Origin: Takakia lepidozioides
Lineage: Eukaryota > Plantae > Bryophyta
Direction of reading: 5' to 3'
DNA length: 64,000 nucleotides
Assembly (NCBI GenBank): GCA_030704615.1
Contig: CM060731.1
Location: 33,418,001-33,482,000, forward strand
Below, piece by piece: positions 39,028-51,975 of the stretch. The notes under the pieces are model-generated. The model did no database searches and was not told where the DNA came from. It worked only from the letters and a program-made list of their open reading frames with translations. Numbering within the stretch: position 1 is the stretch's first letter; each line of letters begins with the position of its first letter. The translations under genes and the position numbers were made by a program.

Positions 39028-40062
39028 TGTCGAGCGGCTTTTACTCACCCATCCCTTCGCTATCCGAGGTGGAAACTCCAAGATAGAAGAGTTGGATATC
39101 TCTAAGCACTCAGCCCGCTCAGAACAATCAGTCATGACCTGCAGCTAGTGAATCATGGTTGTGCTTCCTATTTGTATTCATTCTTGCCTTCATGTTATCA
39201 ATTTACCTTACCGTGTATACTGAAGCATCAGATTGCTTCAGTATCTACTAAGTTCCAATTAATCATGCATTCATTCCTCAGCTTCTTTCATGTCTCTCTA
39301 CACAATATGTTTGTATCGATTCAGTATCGGATTAAGATTAATCATGTATCATGCCTATGCCATGGTATCCCTAATCTACCCTACTGCATGAATTAAGCCT
39401 CAATCAAGTCATCATCTCCTCTTCACTGTTCCGCCTCTCCGTTACGTCTCTTCCTCCCCTGAACAAATCGCCCTCCTCAAGAAGTGATCCTCTTCCTGTT
39501 GCCGCCCTGCCTAATCTACCCGCAAGCTGTTCTAACCACCTAACTAACTAACCGTCACCCCTGAAGTAACACGTTCCCTCTGCAGATATCGTTCTCACAC
39601 AGTCGTTCCCTGTCAATGATAACTGTTCCCCATGTACTGTGACAGGATGTGTCAAGCTGTGCTGAGCTGTGACTGGCTGTGTAAAGCTGTGTCGGGCTGT
39701 GACTGGCTGTGCAAAACTGTGTCGGGCTGTGTCAGACTGGGTCTGGCTGTGATAGACTGTGACGGGTTGTGTAAAGCTGTGTCTGGCTGTGATAGATTGT
39801 GACGGGCTGTGTAAAGCTGTATCGGGCTGTGATAGATTATGACGGGCTGTATAAAGCTGTGTCGGGCTGTGACTGGCTGTGCGAAGCTGTGTCGGGCTGT
39901 GTAAAGCTATGTCTGGCTATGATAGACTATGACGAGCTGTCTAACCCCCCTAAAGCCTGCTCCTGCCACCCCTAAGGCTCCTGTTGGTCTCAGTCTGCGC
40001 AAAAATTAAGGGTACCCCACAGAACCCGTAAAAGCGTCTAAGTCCCAAGCAGCCCTCTAACA
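39028..40062 (-). repeat. 3' LTR (~1035 bp) containing a 10-bp-period minisatellite (39640-39940)
   Basis: Starts TGTTAGAGGGCT directly after the PPT; putative end ...GCCGCTCGACA (left boundary inferred). 39283-39948 aligns with 63399-64000. Confidence 0.75.
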
Positions 40063-40079
40063 TTACCCCTCCCCCTCTC
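40063..40079 (-). other. Polypurine tract
   Basis: GAGAGGGGGAGGGGTAA on the minus strand immediately before the LTR's TG. Confidence 0.8.
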
Positions 40080-40100
40080 AAAAAGCCGTGTCCTCACGGT

Positions 40101-43100
40101 TTACTGTTTGGGATCAGCAAACCTTTGTGAGCGAGCACCCTTCTGTCGGTGAGAGTCTCGTGAAGGACTCCGTGTGTGAGCTCGAGTCTTGTCACTGGCT
40201 GATGGAGATGATTGAGCACTACCTGGAAATGTCTGACCCTCCTTTGGCTGATAACGAGGTAACCTCTCAGGCATAGGAGATCCCCGTCGTTTCTTCTCTG
40301 CCATCTGAAGTGCATAGTCCTCTGAAGAAACAGTAGTATCAGAATCCTCGTCCCCCCTTAGGTGTTTTAACGGCCAAACTTTAAGTGGCTTCTCGAGAAT
40401 CCTGCGTGGCATACAATGTAGGCCCACCATGTCTGGAAGTTTAAACTGTACGACTTGTTGTAAGCGCTTGCAAGCAAAATTAGTGAACGCCCTGAACTCC
40501 TTAGCCGTATAGGTGAGAGGTGTGCCAATGACTTTGGAACAGTGTAAGTATTTCCAGGCTTCATGTCCCTTAAAGAAAATATCCTCAGGGCCGAATTTCT
40601 GTGTTGCCAAATTGTTCCAAGCCGAATTAAACCATGAACGAAGTTGGGAATCCTTTTGCATCATAACTTTCGCATCATATAGGTACATATGAGGTGGCAC
40701 TGAAGGTAAGACCCAATGATCCCCACTGGAATAACTCAGAAATTGTGATTGCATCTTCTGCTGCTCAATGTGATAACGTGCCATAAAACAAGCAGCATAG
40801 TATAATCCACAGCCCATGACAATACTAGATATCTCCTTGGTCTTGGTATAGATGTACCCATGTACAACTTGGAAGGCAATTAATTCCTTCAGCATGGTAT
40901 CTGCCTCAGACGAGTACCTGGCAAAGTGATGATCCTCAATGGGTCGATTGTTCGGAAGAACCTTAGTCCGAGTTGCCACTGGCAACCAAATGCGCATAAT
41001 TTGGTAGTAATGTGCCAACGACTACGGAGGACTAAATTCCTTCCATGCCAAATCCAGCACAATGGGAATTTGGTTGAAGGGCATAATCATAGCCCGACTG
41101 TACTCCCGTGCAGCATGAGTCCTAGGTGGGTTAAAAGCAGTATCCCCCCATACCTCAGGCTATGGTTTTGCTGTAGTAGCAACATGGTCAGCTACCTACA
41201 CATGCACCTGCTGTGGTATTGGTACCACTGGCCCTTCTACCACGGGCATCTCCTGCGAAGAAGACTGAAAAATTAGAGTCCTGGCATGTAAATAAGTAGC
41301 CATCAGCTGCTCCTCAGGAACAAAGACTCTCTTGTCAATATTTGAACTCAGGTCATCCACTTGAGTCTGTAGGCCTTCCACATCCTCCTGCAGCTCCGCT
41401 ATTCTACTAGACATTGTCTATAGTAGTTGTGGCAATGTTCTGCACCTGCAATCTGAGCTCATTCATCTCGCCCTGGGTGAGCTTCCTTGGTGCTTTGCCT
41501 TCTACCGGCCCTTGTGCTAACCAGACCTACATAAGGTGGTTATCCACCAAGTCCTGTGTGGCACCTGAGAGTCTGCTCCTCCGTGAGTCTGTACACATCT
41601 AACTGCTGCTGTTAAGCCTCCATGCGCTTCGCATGAGGTTCAACCAGGCCCGAAGGCAGCAGCCAGATTATTGGCTTCCTTCTAAGCCTTGTTAGCCACA
41701 GAGAGTTCATTTCTATTGACCATGACTGTTTGTTGCAACTCCAGGATGTACCTCTCCTGGTCAGCCTCAACCTGCCTGTACTATTGGAAAGTATTCTCAT
41801 TGCGACAGATTGTAGCCTGCAAATCAACAATGAGTTTCCCTTGCTCTATTATCTCAGCTTCTGCCATCATACATCTCTCCCCTTGTCTGTTGACTTCTAA
41901 TGCAGTTTGCTCTAGAGCAGTTGTGAGTGTAGCACATTGTATGGTCATCCTCTGATGTACTGCCTCCAACTCTGTATGTAGTACGTTCACTCCTTGCAAC
42001 TTGCCCTCATGCTTCACCTGCAATTTGTATAACTGTTGCTTATGTGTTTCATGCAATTGGTCCTGCTCGAGACCTGCTTCAATCAAATGTCCCTTAGTTA
42101 ACTGCAAGGCAGCCTTTGTGTCCTCCAACTCTTGCTGTAACTTGAGATTGACCTCCTCATCTACCTTGTTAGCACACTCAGTGGCAATTCGAGTCTCAAA
42201 CTCCTTCCTGAGTTCCTCCCTCAAAGCTGCCAATTGGATAGATGGAATATGGGATTTTACATAAGTGCCCAACAAATTGAGTGTCTTGCTGATGGAACTC
42301 ATAAGCATGGCCTGCTAGGGGTCATCATGGTGAACTTGCTACTGTTCCCCCTGATCTTCCACAGTGTGATGCTTCACCAACCATTTAGGCCATTGCCCCA
42401 CCAGATCCTCTTCCTGAATCACCTCATCTTCCACAGGTGCTGCAGTGTCCTTATATTCTACCCCTGGTGCCTCCGTCACAAGTGTGGGTATTACATGCAG
42501 AGCAGGGATTTCCCTGGACAAACTTTGCACCTCTGGAACCACTGATTCCCTTACCAAGCCAGAGTTTTCATATAGAAGGTCACCCTTCTCAATTTCTGCC
42601 ACGACCTGCTCTATAGTGGGAATGTCCAACCCTTCTCTTTCCAGAGCAATAGGCTATGGTGGAACAGCATGTACTAACTGAGGTACCTCTGAGACAACCG
42701 ATTCAACTAGCTGTGATGGTTATGGTACCGAAGTGACTTCTTCTTCCCTCTCCAAAGGTCGTGCTTTTAGTAATAACAGCCCTTTGTGCTGCTGTGCCCC
42801 ATCCTGCACAAGAGCTTGGGAAACATCATCTTGCGGCTTTCTTGAAGCCAATGGATCCACCACTACAGTCATACCCCTCTTTTGTCTCTTAGACTGGTGT
42901 TGCTCTGCCAGTCCACCCTCAGTATGTGAAGAACCCTGCTCCTCCATTGTAGTGGTTGTTGCCTCAAATACTCCCATCTCCTTACGTTCTTGCGCATCAA
43001 GTATGCAAGAGTCAAGAATGATCTGAGCAATGACTGGGCCAGACACGATGATCGGAGACTTAGCAGCAGTGCCCTGTAACCTCTTCATCTCTTCCACCAA

Positions 43101-43603
43101 ACCATTGTACATTAACTCTGCCCAAGCTACATCCTCTCCTCGCAAGGCTTTCAGTATCTCCTCTGTGAATGCCCTGCTCAAATACTGTTGGTTCTGTTTC
43201 ATGGCAAACAGAACGTTCAATATTTGGTCAACTTCTCTGAGCCCTGGGTACTCGGCTTTGGTGCAAGCGTAACCTTGAGTCTTAAAGAAACTCTCTTCTT
43301 GGAACAAATTCCGTATCTGCAATCTTGCCTTGTGCTCATCCACATCCACATGACCCGATGACAAATCAAACAATTGCTGCAAGTACTGGGGAGTAATTTC
43401 TATATCTACTCCCCTCACCTGGGTAACTCCCGTCCGAGGCTCAAAGTCTGAAGAAATTGAATCATATACTGCCGATGATGCAAGGATCAGTCCTTGCGTA
43501 GCAGCCCCTCCAATCGCAACTCCCTCAGCAGCTGCACTGCCTGCGGTGTAGCAATTGTTTGCTTCTGCAGTATCGTGGTGCTCTTCACCCTGATATCCTC
43601 CAT
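40101..43603 (-). pseudogene. Large extra ORF of the gypsy element between integrase and the 3' LTR (plant-transposon-like domain, coiled coil, unknown C-terminal domain)
   Basis: Chain of same-strand ORFs 43418-42720, 42629-42339, 42308-41781, 41414-41196 and 41018-40101, broken by single stops or frameshifts. VRGVDIEITPQYLQQLFDL motif; E/Q/L heptad region. Confidence 0.7.
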
Positions 43604-44383
43604 TCCCCTCACTCTCTTCATTCTAGACAAACAAAAAGGCCTTGTTTAAAACAGCTGAAGAAAAGCTTGCAGGGCACAGAGCATAAAGATATGGTGCGTG
43701 TAAGCCTGTGGGGCTTGCAAGTATCGAGTGAGAGAGAATGTACTCTCAACCCGTCCGTCCTTGTGGTACTGTGTAAGAAGTAAAACGAGCGTGTAATCTG
43801 TAATATCCGCCATAGCTACAAAGCTATAGCTTTGATTGCCTCTCTTGCCGAGACGCTGGTTATTCGGAGTCACCCCGACTCTCGCGCTCATAACCCTGCT
43901 AATTTCTTGCTCTTGTTTCTTGGAGGAAACCACCTGCATATAATTCTCGCTCGTGATTGGCTGTTGCCTCCTCGGGTAACTTCTTAATTTACCTCCCCTC
44001 AGTGGACTTCCCCCCCTGGAATGTCCACTAGGATAGCACATGCGGCAAAGATCCCCCTTTTCTGTACTCGTAAAGGGTTCCGTTACCCTTGCCCTGAATG
44101 CATTAATGGGCCTACAAATAGTTTGGGTTGATGTACCGGGTAGGTACTTTGATGGCCCAATTTGTCTTCTTACATGATGACACCCGCTTTTGCAATATAT
44201 GCACTGCGGTGTGCTTCGTCCTGGTGACCACGTGTTCATTTCTAGACCTGCCTCCGTCTTTCCCTGTCCCCGTGGCACCTTCTCCGAGTTTGACTTCCAA
44301 GCTGTATTTTCACCCGCCGACCACTTTCCGGACGTTAACCCACGTCCACCTGTCACTGACCCTATGGACTGTGTAACCCGCGT

Positions 44384-44530
44384 GGGCTGTGTTGGGCTGT
44401 GACAGACCGTGTCAAATTGTGACGAGCTGTGATAGGCTGTGTGACACTGTGGTGGGCTGTGATAGGCTGTGTCACACTGTGATGGGCTGTGATAGGCTGT
44501 GTGGCACTGTGATGGGTTGTGATAGCTATG
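44384..44530. repeat. Internal 10/30-bp tandem array related to the LTR minisatellite
   Basis: CTGTGATAGG CTGTGT..CA CTGTGATGGG units. Confidence 0.85.
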
Positions 44531-44779
44531 CGAACACCTGTACTTCCCGCCCTGGTCATACACGCTCGGCTTAGCGACAAGTGTTCCATACTCCATTGGT
44601 ATCACCGGCGCAGCCCGTGACTGTTTTTGTGTTTCAACATGCAAATCGTGCTGCAATGGTTTGTCATGGATACCACTGTATCCCTTCAACTTATTGGCAT
44701 TGACTCTTCCCAGCATTTCTTTGTTAATGGTTTGTAACATGGCGGTGTTATTATCATACATCTTCTGTATGACATAAGG

Positions 44780-45195
44780 TCATTTCCATGGTGATTTAAA
44801 CTTAGAAGCTTTAATCTTCCCCTTCTTCTGCAACCATAGTACCAAATCTCCCGTCTTAAAAGTCTTTGATTTACCTTCATCAAACTGATCCTTCCTCTTC
44901 ATCTGAGTTCTGGTCATGTTATCAGCCGCATCAGCATGTACTTCTTCCACATGGTATAATTCATGTTTCCAGACCTTAATTGAATCTTCCAATTCCATTC
45001 TCCTTCCCCATTCAGTTCTCATGGTAGGTAACAAGAATTCCACTAGAAGTAAAGCTTCCATACCATAAACTAATTGGAATGGTGTATACTTCGTGGTGAC
45101 TTTATATGAAGTCATGTATGACCACAAAGCTGTCAGCAGCTTTGTATCCCAATCTGTTCTGTTTGCATTGACTATCTTAGCCAAGATAGTACATA
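44780..45195 (-). pseudogene. Gypsy integrase C-terminal part
   Basis: CTILAKIV..NRTDWDTKL.TALWSY.TSYKVTT.YTPFQLVYG...FKTGDLVL...KFKSPW. Confidence 0.88.
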
Positions 45196-45591
45196 CACTA
45201 GAAGCATTCGTGTCTTTTTCGAATCGACTGCATGTCCGCGACCACTCCGGGAACCACTTGGTAGTAAACGGGACTACTGGAGAGTCGAAACAAACAAAAT
45301 TTGAAAAAGCCAAAATTGCAAGTGGTTGTAATTACTGCACATGCGACTACAAATTTTCATTCCTAATTCGATTAATGGAATAAAGATATTTATTCATTAA
45401 AGTGAATATGTAGTCGACTCAACGACTCCATGAACACTGCGCATTCATTGCACCCATGACTCGGTAGCACATTTGCTGACGTGGCTTTCACAAAAAGAGG
45501 TAAACAAAATGTGGCCTTGGGGGAATAGACATTTTAATACATGTTGCCTCCACCTGGCCTGTTTGGCAAGGATGCAAGTGCTGCGTCGGAC

Positions 45592-46286
45592 ATGGCGGGA
45601 CGTGGGAATGCAAATCCTGACACGGCAAGGCCTTCGTATACTGTGAGCGCGCGTAGTGGCTTCTCAGAACGGTGTGACATCGGGTTCTTGGTCATTCAAC
45701 ATTTACAGAATGTGCTGGATGGAGGCACGATGGAGCGCACGGAGAGGTAAAGGCTGAAAGCGTTCATTAAGGTTGTGAACTACAATTATATCATGCCAAA
45801 CCAGTTTTTCGGTACGCAGATGGTGTCATGAGAGATTCTGCAATTTGCGCATAGGTGGACTTAATTTTGATGTTGACTTGAAGGCAAATGTGACACCAGT
45901 GAAACTGGAAACTACAGGTAAGATGATGGCGTGCTACATCGCGACATAAACCTGCATTTGACATTCTGGCTTAGGATTCATGCAATTTGGTGCTACTCAG
46001 GCCTGCACAGTTCCAGAGCAGAAGTGGGAGCCCATCCCAGGGATGGGGACCTCGTAAGTGCTTCTTCATTTTGTACTCACCTTGTTTTTGCATCGCACAT
46101 GTGCTACAAGGGGCAGAGCCATTCATTTGGCTGGAGGTTCAATTCCTCTACAAGTGAGCTATTCCCGTGTCACTACAATCAGTTAGATGTGTTTGTGGTG
46201 GTTGCTGGATTTGCGGCTCTGGGGTGTCTTGCCAAGTGCTTGCAGGGATCAACGTTAATGTGGACGGGGCAGTACATGTAGCATAA
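45592..46286 (+). CDS. Candidate six-exon ~107-aa gene of unknown function in the CACTA left arm
   Basis: Exons 45592-45642, 45709-45746, 45820-45917, 46001-46053, 46111(or 46117)-46153, 46246-46286. Donors GTGAGC, GTAAAG, GTAAGA, GTAAGT, GTGAGC; phases are compatible and there is no internal stop. Confidence 0.4.
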
Positions 46287-46748
46287 AAGCTCATTCACTG
46301 GTGAAGAAGACCATGTGCGAACATATGTCATGCTATTGCTTCGAGAGTGCTGCTGTTGGGCAGGTGGGAGAATGGAACAACGGTGAGAAGGAAAGCAAGG
46401 GAAGCACAAAAAGGTGTCGTTCGGTCCTGCTCCTTTGGAGACACCCCCCATTCCACTGGTCTTTGTTCCTGGAAAACATGCAGATGGGCGAGAAAATGCA
46501 TGCACACATTCACGTCTACTTCCCGTACATGAAGACGATCCTCTCCTCACATGTCAGAAACAATATGGGCAGAACAAAAAAAGGTTTGTTCACAAGACAG
46601 TCAGTGACCACATACCCATACATTATCGATACTATTAACTGTCTCGCCCTTGCTTATAAGCAGGACTGTACAAAATGGGTTCTAAGGACAGTAAGAGTCC
46701 TTAGCATAGCTCTCGTCTATGAGCTGCTGGCTTAATGGACACTGAGAT

Positions 46749-49700
46749 TCAGCTGGGCTCACTATCCGTATCCAAATAATCTTCCTCTTCACTACCCATA
46801 TCTGCAATTTGCCTGGCGGTAATTACCAACCCTGGAATGTCTTCCTCATTAAAGGTAACTGCTCCTTCCAAAGAGACTGGTTCGGCCGTATCTGGTAGAT
46901 TTCGTGGTTCCCTCAGACCCTCGTGGTCGGCATTCTCCCCTAGGTCCAGATCATGGACGTCGGCAACGACTCGTTTGGCCCGAGGGTCCTTGTGAAGAAC
47001 CACCTTCCATCCCGGCGCATGGATGTCATCTGAAAAGAAAACTTGCTCAACTTGCGATGGGAAGATGAATGGCTCTTCATCTTGTGGTAGCATTTTCTGA
47101 AATCAGCAAGGAGGAACCCGTACTCATCCCATTTCATGGTGGCATTCTCTCCTACCATATTGGCTTTTACCCAAGAACAACGGAATAGAATTGGCTTCAC
47201 AAGACCATAGTCTAGTTTAAGGATCTCTTTGATCACTCCTACATATTGCACATGGCATGAAATTGGATTCCGATCTCGTGCACAGCTCCTACTCTCTTGT
47301 TCAAAAAATGATGCCACTCCGCTGTCATAAGTCACCAGGGAGGCTGGTGTTGGCATCGTCCACTCTATAGTGATTGCCATATGCTTTCATTGACCGGTAC
47401 GAAGTGGCAATCAGCCCTGGGGGGAATGACAGACTCACCATGCCCTCATCTGGGTCCTCGTTCTCTGATGCGTACACTGCAATTGCAGATCTGACCCACA
47501 CTGTAAAGGGCTGCAGCTCCTCCATTGTTGTCGGGTACTCCACCGGGGATCTGCGCCTACGACCGCCCCTCCGCCATGCTTTTGCAAATGCTCTCCATTC
47601 CGTTTTCAGGCGGACCTTCTCCGCTGCGTATTTTCTGGCAGAAACCAAATAGAAGCTGCAACTCAGTCCCCCTGACCAACACCGTACTGTACATGCATGC
47701 CACATGTAGAGTGTGTCCTTTCAAGCACATTGTAGTGATGCAGCCTACTTCATGATCACTTGCAAGCAACAACACCAACTACGAAACACCCTCTGTTGTC
47801 GTCTGAAGCACCCTGTTAGTACACGATCCCACTCCCATAGTGGCCGGAATGACTTGTGACAATATATATGTAATTCATGCATACAAAGACCATTAAGAAT
47901 AGCACAGGAGGGATGTAAAGTTTACACCCACTGTCTCCATGGTGTCATGGTTGTTGTGTTGTTCAGCACATAATCATGTGCCACATCCCGAAGGCGCGGG
48001 CTCATGGCACGCTTTGTTCCACCACCTTCTAGGACCTCGCCTACAACTCCTTCTTCCTCGTTCTCGTCCCACACCCGTCGTTGTATTGCATCAAATGAAG
48101 ACATATACTATGTCATGAAGCCCAGGGCTTCGTCGCGGATGTAGCCCTCCGCCATACTCCCCTCTGGCCGTGCCATGTTGCGTACATACCCCTTCAGATC
48201 CTTCATGTACCTCTCCATGGGGTACATCCAACGGCTGGCTACGGGCCCACACACATGCAGCTCCTCTACAAGATGCACTAGCAAGTGCGTCATGACGTCA
48301 AAGAATGATGGAGGGAATTCTTTCTCCAGCAAACATAGGGTCACAGCCACATCCTCATGCAGCGATGTAATGTCCCTCGGATCCCACACCTTCGCACAAA
48401 TCTTCCTAAACACTCGACTTACACGCATTATGGCTGTTCGAGGACCCGACGCCATCGTACCCCAATGCACACTGGCAAAATCTGCTGCATCATCACGTGT
48501 AGATCATGTGACTTCATCCCCGACCATTTCTTGTTTATGGCATGCTTTTGGAAAGCACCCGAGAATCCGGTTGGCACTTTCATGGCTCCCAATGTCTTCA
48601 AAAATTCCTCTTGCTCTGATTTGGTCAGGACGTATGATGCTGCTGGCATGAGCACTTTGCCTGGTCTATTTGGATCAGGCCTTAGCCACAGATGTGACCG
48701 TATCCCTTCAATCTCCATGTCCTTTCGTACGTTTATCGTATCCTTCTTCCCAAAGATAGTCTTCAGAATGTTCTCGCAGAAGTTCTTCTCACAATGCATG
48801 GGGTCCAGGAGGTACCGCTGCAAGAGGTTCTGAAATGCCAAATGTCCTCCCATGAGACCAAGTTCTATGGGCAAAAATAGTAGAATATGTGGCAGAAGTT
48901 GTCCATGTTACTACATTCTGCTTTCAACAACTGCACGATCCTCTACACAGTGAGGTGTACGACTTCAACATCTACTGCATAGTAGTTACACTGACTTAGG
49001 AGTTGGTGGAAGGACTCCTGACAGTAAAGGTAATTCCAGGAAGCACAATGTGAAAGAAAGTGAGTGAATGGGGGGGGGGATTCATGCACCTTCCAGTATG
49101 GCAAATCCCAAAGGATTGTCCGGCGCTTCACCCCGTGCGACATGGCTGGATCCGCACTACTTCCTTCTCTCCCTCCAATCTCCATGAACGCCTCTTTCTT
49201 CTTTGCAAATTGCAATGTCTCCTCCGGTGTCACAACATTTGGTGCCATTCTTTTTCAACACATCCATTGAAGTGCCGGCCTGCTCGTCGGTAGGGGTGGT
49301 TTCTTGCAAGGTAACGTCGATGCCCCATGTATATTGTCTTCCCTAATGGCTTTGAGTGCCGTGAATCCACATAGGGCCCACAAATGGGGCACCCTTTGTA
49401 GCCCTTCGTCTTGCAACCCGCAACAAGGCCATATGCGGGGAAATCGTGGATTGACCACATGAGTATGGCACGGAGGGTGAAACTCCGTTGCCCTACTGGT
49501 TTCAAAATGTCGTAAGCTTCAACTCCAATCCATAGTTCCTGTAGCTCTTCAATCAATGGTTGCAAATACACATCTATGTTTGCATTTGTCACGGACTCCT
49601 TGCCTGGAATCAAGAGAGACAACATGACAAAGAATTTCTTTGTTGTCAACCATGGTGGCAGGTTGTATGCCACCAACTGCACGGGCCATGTGGACCATGT

Positions 49701-50837
49701 GCAACTCTTTGATCCGTATGGGTTTACTCCATCCGTAGATACAGCCAATCGCACATTGCGTGGGTCCTCGGCGAAATCGGGCCAAGTTGCATCTATATGC
49801 TTCCATGCAAGGGAATCTGGGACATGCCTTACCAAACCATCGTTTGAGGCATTCCTGGAATGCCAAGTCATGAGCTCACTAATGGTCTTGCATTTGTACA
49901 TTCGTAATAGACGGGGGATAAGGGGAAAGTGCCTCAACACCTTGGCTGGCTGTTGTAACCTGCCCACATCATGGTATCGGGCTGCACCGCATTTGGGGCA
50001 CTCCATAGCGTCCTTGTACTCTCTTCTGAAAAGTACATGTCCTTTTGGACATGCATGTATTTTCACGTAGTTGAGGCCGAGCTTCCCAATCATTTTGTTG
50101 GCCATGTGACAGCTTTTTGGCATTTCATTTGGTTGTGGAAGCAAGTTCAGCCGAAGCAAAGAGAACAACTCGTCCACAAAATGGTCTGACACACCGTGGG
50201 TTGTGCACAGGTTCATCAACAGCATGCTGGCAGCAAGCTTTGTGGATTTGCATCCCTCGTACAGTGGCACACATGCTTCTTCTAGTGTCATGTGTGCAGA
50301 ATTCTCATTTCCATCTCCACCTCCTTCCACGCCTTCCCCCACGTGAATGCCTTCATTTCCTGCGTCATCACCATCCCCAGTTGTCGCAGCGCCGTCCCCC
50401 TCTTCAGCATCGTCCATGATGTGGAATGCTTCCTGCAACATTCGAGTAATCTCCACCCCTCCGTCCATGCCTGGTTCCTGTCCTGCGCCCATGACATAGT
50501 CCTCGTCTGGCCTGTCTGTATGGCTCCCTCGGGGGTGTGCATTGTCCAATTGTGCCCACTCCTCATCGTCTTCGTCTGCAGGTCCATCTCCAATCCACAC
50601 CCGAAATGCTTCATGTCTTTTGTGGTGAAGGAGATGTGTGCGCACACCGTCCTCAGATCTACTTGTAGTGCCCAAACAACGTTCACATGGGCATGGCATC
50701 CTTGAAAGCCCAAGGGCTCGGGCACGTGCCACTTCTCTTTCCCACAACCTGTCATCCCGGTTGTTCTGTCTACAGGGGTGATTAATTGGAAGTCCTCCGC
50801 ATGGGCGAGGGGAACTCATTTTTGTTGGGGAACTCAA
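46749..50837 (-). pseudogene. CACTA TnpD/Tnp2 transposase (Transposase_21, DUF4218, DUF4216 types), frameshifted
   Basis: CPCERC, HACPKGHVLF..CPKC, RNVRLAVSTDGVNP, WSIHDFPAYG, LDPMHCEKN, FFDVMTHLLVHL..GPV..RWMYPMER..EGSMAEGY and EPFIFPSQVEQVFF. Confidence 0.93.
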
Positions 50838-51393
50838 GACAGACAGGAGAGAGAAGTGGGTCTATGGGCATATCAGAATTACAAGAGCACACCAAAAGAC
50901 TGGAGATTTGTTCCATCTATGCACCTTCGGTACAGATGGTGAAGAGAGGCAAAGGCCGTGTGGGGAAGTACATACATCAACTCCCCCAACTGCACGAACT
51001 ATTGGGCCCCTTGTTCTCTTCCATGGTATGCTCTGCCCCAATCCAAACACCCTGAATTCTCCATTGTTGCTACTGCAGCCTGCTTTCATTCACATCAACA
51101 GCATGTCAAGGGCGTCACAAGAACTTCCTATAGGAAATGTGACAGTTTATGGGAGAGGAGATATGTCAATCATATCTTCATTTACCAGGAAAGATGATAA
51201 CCCCATCCCCACCTCACAGCCAACAATCTCCACGACGCCAGACTTTCATATGTCAGCATGCACCTGTTTTGACCTTCTGGCAGGCTGGCCCACACCTTCG
51301 AAGTAACACAAACGGATATGACCTGGTCAAATTTCCCCTTTTCAGCCTCAACGACACTCCCTGTGCCCAGCTGTAGAAGAGGGCAAGCAGGTC

Positions 51394-51975
51394 TTCGGAT
51401 ATTCTCAGCAAGGGCATGGCAAAGATGCTCTGCAACTTTTCAACCAAGTTTTGAAACAGCAAGGGGTGAAGCCAAATGATGTTACACTCATTGCAGTTCT
51501 GTCTGCATGCAGCCATATGGGCCTAGTAGATGAAGGACAACACTATTTCCATTCTATGAGTAGAGATTATAGATTGTACTCATAAGACGTTGTATGCCGT
51601 AGCCTTGTGGCCATTGACCCTGCGCCCAGTTTGAGCGGGAACAAAAGGAACAGAACCTACCTCCGTCAGGGGCTGACGGTGGTAGTAAGACTTACCATCA
51701 TATAAGGAATTAATCCGGGTTTTCCAGATATCCTCTAGAAAACCCTTCACACAAGCATCAATCTGCTGTGTGTGATAATAGAATCATTCCAACAGGAAAA
51801 CATTTTGGCTGCATGGTTGACCTTCTTGGCCGTGCAGGGCGCTTGGATGAGGCGGAGAATTTCATCAACAGAATGCCAATTAAACCAGATGCTTTAGTGT
51901 GGGGCTTTACTTGGTGCCTGCAGAATACATGGCAATGTGAAGCTAGCAGAGCGTGCTGCAGAATGTTGTCTCAAA
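51394..51975 (+). pseudogene. PLS-class PPR gene fragment (P2-L2-S2-E1 region) inside the CACTA
   Basis: GYSQQGHGKDALQLF...KPNDVTLIAVLSACSHMGLVDEG.HYF.SM / [35 protein letters not shown] / [20 protein letters not shown]; frameshifted and interrupted. Confidence 0.9.
51574..51773 (-). mobile_element. 5'-truncated ~200-bp LINE 3' end inserted in the PPR fragment
   Basis: The reverse complement of 51663-51773 matches 55481-55580. Flanked by GATTATAGA / GATAATAGA (9-bp TSD-like, one mismatch). Confidence 0.82.

Noticed and set aside
39640-39940. Regular repeat arrays here, at 44384-44530, 63745-63990 and 35938-36286 as CRISPR-like arrays
   Set aside because: They are contiguous degenerate minisatellites with no unique spacers and no cas genes, in a eukaryotic context.
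43646-44761. 371-aa ORF with HTAYHSPSQC repeats as a gene
   Set aside because: The repeats simply translate the 30-bp DNA array and the rest has no recognisable domain; probably a chance open frame after integrase.
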